From assembly GCA_001179505.1 (NCBI GenBank), contig CDMY01000144.1, positions 1-64,000 on the forward strand: DNA of 64,000 bases. The letters are read 5' to 3'. A model generated the notes under the pieces. That model was not told the origin of the DNA. It saw nothing but the letters and a program-made list of their open reading frames with translations, and ran no database searches. Numbering within the stretch: the first letter of the stretch is position 1; the number at the start of each line of letters is the position of its first letter. Shown here one piece after another: positions 41,601 through 52,087 of this stretch. The position numbers and the translations under genes were made by a program. The DNA is from Vitrella brassicaformis CCMP3155 (Eukaryota; Protista; Chromerida).

Positions 41601-42585
41601 ATGTCCGCCCCGCACCTGACGAGGATTATGGCTGAGGCCGAGGGCATGACGGACGAGGAGTTGTATGCCGCATTCAAGGCCATCCCCATCCCGGTGAGCC
41701 ACCGCACTCACTCACTCGTGTGCCCCACCTGAAAGAAAGCCGATCAGTGCACTGCAGCACTGACATAATCAGTGGGGGGAGATGAGATGCATTGGATGGA
41801 ATGGATGGATGGATTTCCGATGGATACGGTGCATCGGTGCAGTGCATGGCCATGGATCACATGTCTCTCTCTCTTTCTGTCCGTCTGTGTGTGTGCAGAC
41901 GTTGATAGCCGAGGAGGACGCCCTCAAGGGTGAGCAGGTGCAGGCCTACCTCGTGGTGAGGCGCCGCTGGCGTGCGTACCGCAGGCGCCGTATGGACAAG
42001 GCCCTCAAGGAGTTGGAGGAGGGTACGTCACCTCCACACACGCAGATTGGTTGATGCGATGCAGTCATGCCCAATACATCTTCTTGTGTCCTCTGTGTGT
42101 CTGCTGGTGTTGCTTCAGCGTGGCAGCAGGCCAGCTTGGCTCAGGCCGCGGAGCAGAATACGTTCCAGGGACTGGCTCACGGTATGGACACACAGACAGA
42201 GAGGCAGACAGAGGGAGGGAGGGCACAAGACGCACCGCACACCCACAGATCCGATGGGTCCATCCCAACATCCCCTCCCCTCTGTGTGTGTCTGTGTGGG
42301 TCCTTTCTGTGTTCAGCCCCGCCCACGTTCGCTGCGTATCCGCCACCTGCCCACCTGGGGTACGGGATGCCCAGCCTGGCCCCGCCCGTGGCCTGGGTGC
42401 TGCCGCCGGTGGGGACCGTCGACTTCGTCAAGTTCACCTTGGCGCCGATGGCGACGGTTCCCCCCACCCTGCGGCACGCCCACCTCAGCGCCCGGGCTGT
42501 GCAGCGGCTGCGGCTGGGCCACACCCCGCAAGTGGTGCACAAGGCGTTCGTGGACGAGATGGGCCTGGCCCTGGGACTGCCCTGA
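41601..42585 (+). CDS. Unknown multicopy family, copy 2 (4 exons, apparently intact, divergent)
   Basis: MSAPHLTRIMAEAEGMTDEELYAAFKAIPIP|TLIAEEDAL...|...PPVAWVLPPVGTVDFVKFTLAPMATVPPTLRHAHLSARAVQRLRLGH...LGLP-TGA. Same intron positions as copy 1. Confidence 0.75.
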
Positions 42586-45500
42586 ACCCTAATTGGTGAG
42601 GAGAGAGAGGGTAGCCAAACAAGAGAGAGAGAGGGTGCCGCACAGCGGGATGAGCCGGGATCACATTGCTGCCTGGCTGCATTTTTGTCTCTGGTTGTCA
42701 GGTCGGGCACCCACTTAGTCGCGGCAGTAACTGTCGGCGGATTGACGGACTTGGTTATGGATAGACGACTGCATATTGATATGTGCGTGGCGATCCATCC
42801 ATCCATCAGTCGCCAGGCAGGCAGGCAGCCAGGGTGTGGTGTGCGTCGGGGGGTACATACATACGCACAGGCCAGCCACAGCTAGCTACACCGCCACTCC
42901 CATCACCCCCATCCATCACCACTCACCACCCACAGCCAATCGCGGCGCCTCTTTCTTTCCCTTTTCCTTTCATTCAGACAGACAGACGCCTCTCTGTTCT
43001 GTGGGCGTCTGTCTGTCTGTCTGTCTGGTTTTTGTTTCCTTTCATCCAGATGGCCTGTGGCTGTCCTGTCTGTTTTCGTACGTCTTTGCTTTCATACAGG
43101 TGGCCTGTCTGGCTGACTCGGGCAAGTCATTCCTTCGGGAGTGCGTGCCTTCATCGGCAAGTCATTCCTCCGGGAGTGCGTGCCTTTAGAGTTCAGCTGG
43201 ACGGCTGTCCGGTCTGTTTCCGTACGTCTTTGCTTTCATCCAGGTGGCCTGTGGCTGTCTGCTTTTCGTTTCGTCCTTCCGTATGGTGCGGACGCTGCTT
43301 TCTGCTTTTCGTTTCGTCCTTTTGTATTGTATTGCTTTCTGTTGAAGAGAGGAGCCGCACAGAACCGAATCCGACGTGGTGAGTGTGATGGAGGTGGGGT
43401 GGGTGAGGCGGCACGTAGGCGGCTGGATGGGGCCTGTCGTGTGTGTGGCTGAGCACACGGATGGTGACGAGATGGATGGATGGATGGATGTGCTACACAC
43501 GGATGGTGTCGAGATGGATGGATGGATGGATGTGCTAAGCACACCATCAATCATGTCAGGGTGTCCGTGTAGACTGGATATTGGCATTTTCTGGTACTTT
43601 CTGGTTGCGTGACTGACTGACTGACTTATTTGTGAATGACTGTCATGCAATCTTGCTGTGTGAGCTGACATGACCTGTTCTAGCCAGGCGTCCGTCCGTC
43701 CACCGAGAGATCGAGGAGAACAGCCGTTTGTTTCTTGTGGCTGTGTGTTCTCCTGTCTGTTGGCACCAGCCAGATGATCCCACTCTCTCACTCAGTGGGT
43801 CCCCGGTGGGTGACACACACTCACACACCACCTGCCTGTATGGTGGATACTTATCAGTAAGTAGCTGACCTGACAGACTGACTGACTGACTGACTTGTAG
43901 ATAGGCGTAAGTGAGTGAGACTGGCACTGCACTCGTACCTTACGTACGGCAGCCAGGTGAATAGCGCCAGTCATTCCACCGCTTTTGTTTGTCCTGCGGG
44001 GGCGCCCCGCAGCTGAATGACATTGATTGTGCCATCGTCAGTCAGGCCATGACGGTAGCCTGCCTTTGTACTCGGTCGGCATCGCTCTCCTTTGCCCATC
44101 CCGGCCGTCGGCGGCACGGCTGCCATTTGAGGATTGGCGTGATTGACAACTTGGCTCTGTGTGTGTGTGTGTGTGTGTTCTTGGCCACCTCGTGTGTGTG
44201 TGTGTATGTGTGTGTGTTCTTGGCCACCTCCCTCGTGTGTGTGTGTGTGCGGTCCTTCATTCTTCTTAGCTGCCTCCCGCTGACAACACAGCACACTGTC
44301 CGGTCCGCACTGACTGATTTACGTACAGCATGGAGGCTGTCAGTCACTTGTTTGCCGACAGCGATGTGCTGTGCTGTGGCGCAAGTAGCTGCTGAGACCC
44401 TCTGTACCACCCGGCTCACTTCACCATCGACTCATGTGTGTGATGCACGTGACCAATGGACTTACTGACTTGTGTGTGTGTACGAATCGGATGGGATGGA
44501 CGGTCTGGTCGGCCGCCATGCCATGCTAACCTACCACACACACACACAGACACACACAGACGTGTCAGTCAGTTATGTCCTCCTTTGCTCTCTGCCCTGC
44601 CTGCACTGACTAATGCATTTCATTCGTTTGGCAAGCTAAGCCCTTCCGTACGTTTGGACACTTATGTTTTTTGCCTTCCTTGAGCACTCAATACGTACAA
44701 TCATGGTGCCGATCTGGGAGGAGGACAGGGAGGTCGGAGGGAGGGAGGATGTGGTGGGGTGTGGGGTGTTCGTGTGCGTGGCGATTGGCTACTTGCCCGT
44801 GTGCGGCTGCACTCGCCTCGTTTGCGGATCCCACACTGCACATGATCGCACCCACCACCAGCCACACGCACTCAGATCCATGCGCATGATCCACGTGATG
44901 CATCAGCCTCTGAGAGTGGATGGATGGATGTTTGGTGTGAGAGAGAGGTGGTGTTATTGGTTGTGTCGGTGGCTGGTCAGCGTGGTGTACAAGGGGAAAT
45001 GAGCGCACTGGCGGACCCCCTCGTGGAAATGCTGCATTCATTGCCATGTATGTGTGTTGACACGATGGCAATGCCGTGTACGAGTGCATCAGCAGCATTG
45101 TTCATTGTGGCTGCGACAGGCCTTTAGCGTGACACTCCACAATCATCGGTTCACTCATCAATGCATTCGTTGTCGCGCAAACGGTCCATCGGTCCACCCA
45201 ATCCATGTGTAACACACGCAGCGCACCACACCGCACCGGCAGGCAGGCAGGCATGCAGGTGTAGACACCCCAAACCACACACACGAACGACTTAGCCAGA
45301 CAGCCACGCCACAGCCGGCCAGGGGATGTGTGTGTAGGAACAGAGAAAAAGACCGAGCGCAATGGCAGGCAGGCAGGCAGAGAGACAGGCAGGCGCAGGC
45401 AAAGGACGGCGATTCCATCGACAGGTGGAGCGGCCGAGCAAGCTCAAGAGACACTCATGAACACATCGATATATGCGACGGAGCTTGGTGTCTCGCACAC

Positions 45501-46669
45501 ACACACATCACACCGAGGCACACACACACACGTGTGCATTGCATGAATGGATGGATGGCTCGGAAAAACTGCCAGCAAGAGAGGGCATATTGGATGCGGC
45601 TGCCCGGCTACCGTCCGTCTACCTATCTGTCCTCCCCCACCTCACTCACACGTGCTGTGTCTGCTGTGTCTATCGATCGGTCAATTGTCGGCCTCGTCCT
45701 GCCCCTGCCCCTCCTTGCCCTCCTTGTCGGCCATGCCGCCACCGCCGCCCCCCTGCACTGGAGCGAGGCACGCCTCGACCCCCACACGCACCATGCCCTT
45801 GCCCCACACACCACCGAACCACTCGTTGGGGTTCTTCATGTGCATGTGGTGGACCATCACACGCACCAGCACCAGCAGGTACTTGTACGGGGTCTCGTCC
45901 AGCACCGAGTCGCTGACATACACACAGGGGCAGACACAGCCGTCATGCATGGCATGCCACACACACATGCACACACATCTGCCTGCCCAGGCCACACATT
46001 TCTTCCTACACTTACCGAGTCTTGGCCGTGGCCTGCAGCTTCTTGTATGTGGTTGTGTCGATGGCGTCTACGTCTATGTCCTTGATGGCCTTGTGGAATG
46101 CCGGCAGGGTGAGCATGGCCAGGGGTGTGTCTGCGTCGGCGGGTGGGACGGTCTCGGCGAGCGACGGCAGGGCGTCGGTGAGGGCACGCACGAGGTCGAT
46201 GGCCCCTGCGGGAGGGGAGGGGTTGCTGCCCAGCACCTCCAGCACCTCAGGCGTCAACTGCAATGCATGCAGCTATCAGTCAATGTCTCGCTTGGTGTTC
46301 CGTCAAGTGGGTGATTCCACCGACCTTGTCTTTGCAGTAGTGAATGACCATCTCGGCGCCGACTTTGTACGTTGTCATTTCAGCGACGAACATCTCGAGG
46401 TACTCGTAGAGGGCCTCGCGGATGGCGCCGGGGGAAGTGGCGCCGGACAACTTGCCTGGGAACGTACACACACACACACGCACACAACACACATGCATCC
46501 ATTGATCGATAGGCGCCACACAGACACGCTGGTATACGCGTACCTCTCAGGTCAGTCGAGTCGCCGGGCGTGTGCCCAGGCGTGTACCCATAGAACCCGC
46601 CTTGCGTGTTGTTGGTGCCGGTCAAACCTGATGAAAGGTCCATCCACATCAGGCAGGTTAGAAGCTTTG

Positions 46670-48245
46670 ATTGCATTACCCCTTTTCCCTCTCTGTCTTG
46701 TGCCCACCTCCATGTGCCGCTAAGAAGTCGAATGGGCCCTGCATGCCCTGCACGCCCGTGTAGGCCGACGCCATGGGACCCAAAGCTGCAGGGAAACCAA
46801 CGGAATGCGTGTGTGTGTCTGGTTTTTTGTGCGTTCTCCGTACGTAGCAGCACCCCCACCACTCGGCATCACTATCTCACCTGCGCCAAAAGAACAACAG
46901 TACACACACAATGCGTCACCTGCGCCATATGTGCCGCTCTCNNNNNNNNNNNNNNNNNNNNNNNNNNNNNNNNNNNNNNNNNNNNNNNNNNNNNNNNNNN
47001 NNNNNNNNNNNNNNNNNNNNNNNNNNNNNNNNNNNNNNNNNNNNNNNNNNNNNNNNNNNNNNNNNNNNNNNNNNNNNNNNNNNNNNNNNNNNNNNNNNNN
47101 NNNNNNNNNNNNNNNNNNNNNNNNNNNNNNNNNNNNNNNNNNNNNNNNNNNNNNNNNNNNNNNNNNNNNNNNNNNNNNNNNNNNNNNNNNNNNNNNNNNN
47201 NNNNNNNNNNNNNNNNNNNNNNNNNNNNNNNNNNNNNNNNNCCCCCCCCCCCCCCCCTCCACACCGATCTGTGGATCGTTGTCTGACAACTTGATACATC
47301 CGGGCGCGAACTCGCCGGTCACGCCCTTGCGGTCTCCCTCTATGCACTTGACGCTAACGTACACGGGAGTGGCCTTCACCACCGACACGGGGTCACCAAC
47401 TGCACACACACTAAAACCACGACGAGGGAGGTGGACGTTGTGCGGGTGACGTCGCGACGGCTCATTTGCTGCTTTTACCTTTGAGCCACGTGTTGAAGCC
47501 GAGCCCCAGCGCGTACACGCGGCCCTCAAGTCCATCAGCCAACGCTGCAAAACAGGTTGGAGCCAGTAATTGCATTACTCCTTTCCCCTCTGCCTGTGTG
47601 CCCACCTCCGTATGCCCCTGGGTAGTAGGAGTTGAATGGGCCCTGCATGCCCTGCACGCCCATGAAGGCCGACGCCATGGGACCCATACCTGGAGGATAA
47701 CCAACGGAATTTGTGTGTGTGTGGTCTTTTGTGCGTTCTCCGTACCGCACGCACCGCCAGCAGTAGCAGGGGTATACGTAGTAGCAGCAGGCTGAGCAGC
47801 ACCGCCACCGCCACCACCACGACCACCACCACCACTCGGCATCACTATCTCACCTGATAGACGGCGCCAAAAGAACGACAGAACACACACAATGTGTCAC
47901 CTGCGCACCTGCGCGTGCCACTCTCCCCCCCCTCCTTCCCTCCCTCCCCCCCGACCGATCTGTGGATCGTTGTCTGACAACTTGATACTTGAGGTTCGAA
48001 CATGCCGGTCACGCCCTTGCGGTCTCCCTCTGTGCACTTGACGCGAACGTACACCGGAGTGGCGTCCTGCACCACCGACACGGGGTCACCAACTGCACAC
48101 ACACAAAAACCACGACAAGGGAGGTGGGTGTTGTGCGGGTGACGTCGCCACGGCTCATTTGCTGCTTTTACCTTTGAGCCACGATGTGTTGAAGCCGAAG
48201 CAACTCAGTGCGTACACGCGGCCCTCAACTCCATCAACCAACACT
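46670..48245 (-). repeat. Tandem duplication, unit A about 46670-47545 and unit B about 47570-48245, including introns
   Basis: Shared TTGCATTAC.CCTTT.CCCTCT, CGCCATGGGACCCA, ACTCGGCATCACTATCTCACCTG, GCCGGTCACGCCCTTGCGGTCTCCCTCT and GGCTCATTTGCTGCTTTTACCTTTGAGCCACG. Confidence 0.9.
46942..47241. other. Assembly gap (300 N)
   Basis: Run of N next to a poly-C tract inside unit A. Confidence 1.
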
Positions 48246-48871
48246 GCAACAGCCACAACACAGAGAGAAGAGATCTGTCCATCCATCCATCCATCCATCC
48301 ATCCATCCATCCATCCGTCCGTCCGTCCGTCCGTCCATCCCGGAGATCTGGGCAGACCTACCGCCATTGCCATCGTCGCCGGGGGCCCCGACGGCCGTCA
48401 GGCCCGGCTCGCGAGTGTCCGCAGAGGTGCCTGCGACACAGGAGCCTTTTCATGGCTTCGTTCCATCGGTCTGCGGTGGCTTACCCTCAGCGTGGGCCTG
48501 CGCCATCGAGAGAAGTCTTGAAACGCTTGAAACGAGAGCAGCCGACTCAAACCAACGACAAGTTTGGCTCGGCGGGGATTCGCTTTCTCGCCGCGACAAA
48601 AGACAGTTTGTCTCTTTTTCCCGGCTTTGTGTTTCATTCCCGCCGTATCTCCTCTTCGTCGTTACCGATTCCCTTGCGCCCGGCATAGCCCGGCACCGGC
48701 ACTGGAGCGAGGCTTCGCCGTCACTGAAAGGCTGTGACCGACACAGCTCAGCCATCCACCGCCGTACCGTCATCAACTCCCATCTCCTGGCGAACGTCAC
48801 TTCTGCAGCCAACACTTCGCCGCTGCACCCACCCGTGAGAGCGCGCCCAAGTCGATATCGCTGCCCACGCC

Positions 48872-50440
48872 ATGAGCGCACCTAATCTGCGCCGCCTGAT
48901 GGCCGCCGTCAAGGCCAACCCCTCGATGTCGGACGGGGACTTGACGGCACTGTGGGACGCCATCCCTTATGAGGTGAGGCAGCCCAGCCCTCCCATCCAC
49001 CCACAGCCAGGAATGCGTGACGCGCAGTTCCGTGCAGCGCATTCTGTGTGCGTCGGATGGATGGCTGTGGGTCGTCATTGCACAGCTGCATGCCATTGGC
49101 GACGATGCAATCTCTTATGGCGATGCATTGCTGGCATGTCTCTCTGTGGTCTGTGTGTGCAGACGCGGCAGGCGGAGAAGCTCGAGTTGGACAAGTGGTT
49201 TAAGACACTGTCCGCCACCGCGAGTGGCGTGACTTCTTCCGCATCCACTGCCGCATCACCAAAGTCAAGGCCAGGCGGCTCCACGCCAGTAAGCACACTC
49301 AGCCAGCCAGCCAGCCAGTCGACAAACACGGGGCGGGAGGGATTGATTCTCGCATTCTCCAATACTCACATGTTGTGTGTGTGTGTGTCTGTGTGTGTGG
49401 CTGCCGCTGGTGCTTCAGAGTTTGATAAGTTGGAAACCGCCCAGGCCGAGAAGGGGTCCCGCGCCGCCAACGAGTTTCCCGGCCGGCAGGCTCCTGGTAC
49501 GCTGCGGCTCGTGTTGTTTGTTGCTGCTGCCTCATTCGAAAATATCCGCAGCCAACCTGCGCCGTCTGCTGGCCGCCGTGAAGGCCCGGCCCTCGATAAG
49601 CGACGAGGAGCTGCTGACGTCGTGGCACGCCATTCCATCTGAGGTGAGGCAGCCCGTCCACCCACACGCAGCCAGGGATGCATGACGCGCAGTGCCGTGC
49701 AGTGCATTCTCTGCATCGGACGGAAGGACGGATGTGCGTGTGTGATGCGTGATGCCACAGCTGCATGCCATGGCGATGCATTCTGGCATGTCTCTCTGTG
49801 TCTGTGTGTGCAGACGCTGCAGGCGGAGCATCTCGAGCTCGAGGCGCAAGCCAGCAGCCGCGAGTGGCGTGAGTACATCGGCCTCCGCCGCCGCGTCTTC
49901 AATGTCAAGGCCAGGCGGCTCCACGCCAGTAAGCACACCCCGCCAGCCAGTCGACACACACGGGGCGGGAGAGATTGATGCGGGCATTCTCCAATACTCA
50001 CATGTCGTGTGTGTGTCTGTGTGTGTGTCTGTGTCTGTGTGTGTGGCTGCTGCTGGTGCTTCAGAGTTTGATAAGTTGGAAGCCGCCTCGGCCGAGAAGG
50101 CGTCCCACGCCGCCAACGAGTTCCGTGGCCTGCAGGCTCCTGGTACGCACCCACACCCACCCCATACACACACACCCATACCCACAGCCAGACGGCCACA
50201 CATCCCCTCCTCTCTCTGTGTTTGTTATCCTTCCCTCAGCTGGCCCTTATGTGCAACTGCCCCCGCCGGCCTTCGCCGCGGCCAGATGTGCAACTGCCCC
50301 CGCAGGCCTTCGCCGCGGCCAGCCTGCCCCCTCCCCTGATGTGGGTGCTGCCGCCGGTGGGGAACATCGCCTTCGACGATTTCGCCCTCCTGCCGATGGC
50401 CGAGGTCCCCCCCATGCTGCGGCGCGCCCACGTCGGTGCC
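48872..50440 (+). pseudogene. Unknown multicopy family, copies 3a and 3b in tandem, both disrupted
   Basis: 3a (48872-about 49497) has a net 11-nt insertion in exon 2 and lacks the last exon. 3b has ATA where copy 2 has ATG (about 49543), a 37-bp tandem duplication (50249-50322) that shifts the last exon, and a deletion of the C-terminal codons after AHVGA. Confidence 0.75.
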
Positions 50441-52087
50441 TGCGGCAGGGCGGGTAGCCAAACACAGAGAGAGAGGGGGAGGGTGCCGCTGTCACAGCGG
50501 AATGCTTGAGCCGGGATCACATTGCTGCCTGGCTGCATTTTTGGCTCTGGTTGTCAGGTCGGGCACCCATTAGTACGGCGAATAGATGCATTCACTTCAT
50601 TGTCTGGCGGCACGTAGGCGGCCATGCATTCACTTCATTGTCTGGCTGCGTCTGTCGTGCGGTGAGTCTCGTGCTGTATAGTCGATTGACAGAGAGAAAG
50701 AGAGAGAGGGAGGGATGGAGCGGCGATCGGGCCATAGATAGTGGCTTGATGCCGACGAGTGTGCTGGCCGTTGTGACCAACGGACTGGTGCAGTGACTGA
50801 GTGTCGCGCTTTTCTGGCTTGTATGGCGGGATGGATGGATGCATTATGACTGACTGCGGCTGTGATGGTGCTGATGAGGTTTATGTGTGGCGGGAGAGGG
50901 CGGCCAGGGTGTGTGTGCATCCCATTCCTTTGTCTGTGTGTGGTCTGGCTGGCGTGGGTGTGTTGTGTTCTGTGGTGTGAGGGGCCTCGTGGCCGCCGCA
51001 AAAAAAGACAAGAAAAGGAGGGGCCCATGGCCGGCTGTCTGGCCGTGGTGCCCCTCGAAAACCTTGTGTGCGTGGCCATCCATCCATCCATCAGTCGCCA
51101 TGCAGGCAGGCAGGGTGTGGCGTGCGTCGGGTGCTGTAGTGTATGGTTCGTCTGGTGCTGTGCTGTGCTGTTCGATGGACTTCACACCGACCCCCTCCCA
51201 CACAGACACACACACACATACAACAGCACCACTAATACGACAGTAAGGCTACCCCTCTCTCTCTTAGACGCCTCTTGGAGTGCTTCTCTGGGGGAAGGGG
51301 TAGCCAGACAGAGACCTGTGTGAGGACGTGGGGAGGTGGGGCGTGTGTGCCCTGGCCGGACGTCATTTGTCTGTCCTGTTTGGTGTGGCTGGCGTGTGTC
51401 GTGTGCCGGTGTATTTATGGTGTGGTGACTCTGCTCGGCTGTGTGGTTGTCTGTTGTGTTGTTTTGGTCGGTGCCATCCCATCCCGTCAAACCCCCCAAT
51501 TAGATGATAAGTTCCGTGCCGACCTGACTGCCCTTCTTGCGGCCCTCTTAGAGTGTCCGCCTGAGGGAGTGGGCGGCATGGACGGGGGAGGGGGTGGGAA
51601 TGGCTGAGTGAACGAGTGGATGGATGAGTGAGTGGACTGAGACGGGGAGGGGGGCTGCGGGGAGGGGGGCTGGTGTGTGTCTCGCTTGGATGGCTCCCGA
51701 CCGTTGGTCGGACGCCCAATCGCCGCCTACATTTTATATCTGTGAGTGACGGTTTGTGTGTTGATGTCTCGGGGTCGGTGCGCGTGTGTCAGGCTGCCGT
51801 GGGCCGGTGGGAGGAGAGGCCGATATATGTTGTCATGTTGACGAATCGGTGCCTGCATTTTATATCCGCATGTACGTTGATGCTCTCGTTGATTCGGATC
51901 ATGCGATGGGTTGACCGACGAAAGCGTGTGGCGTCAATGTGCTTGTGCTTTCCACTCATTAAATGTCAGTCTGACGGTGTCATGGCATGTGAATGAGTGC
52001 CAATGCACAGCCACCCACCCCGGGCGCACGGATACATGTCTACAAGGCACTGTACAAGATTTCCACACACGCACGAGCAACACATTG

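Larger units (their letters stand above)
45681..48783 (-). pseudogene. Hypothetical multi-exon gene with a tandemly duplicated 4-exon module; apparent frame disruptions; start uncertain
   Basis: Spliceable exons ...DGLEGRVYALGLGFNTWLK|VGDPVSVVKATPVYVSVKCIEGDRKGVTGEF... occur twice. 3' exons GAIREALYEYLEMFVAEM, LTPEVLEVLG...TTTYKKLQATAKTR and ETPYKYLLVLVRVMVHH...EADN-TGA(45681). Confidence 0.5.

Noticed and set aside
43030-43540. CRISPR-like repeat array
   Set aside because: Repeats are degenerate, nested and irregularly spaced, there are no cas genes, and the context is eukaryotic.
51490-51607. Exon-like fragment DDKFRADLTALLAALLECPPEG...
   Set aside because: It looks like an orphan terminal exon, but I could not link it to upstream exons or a family.
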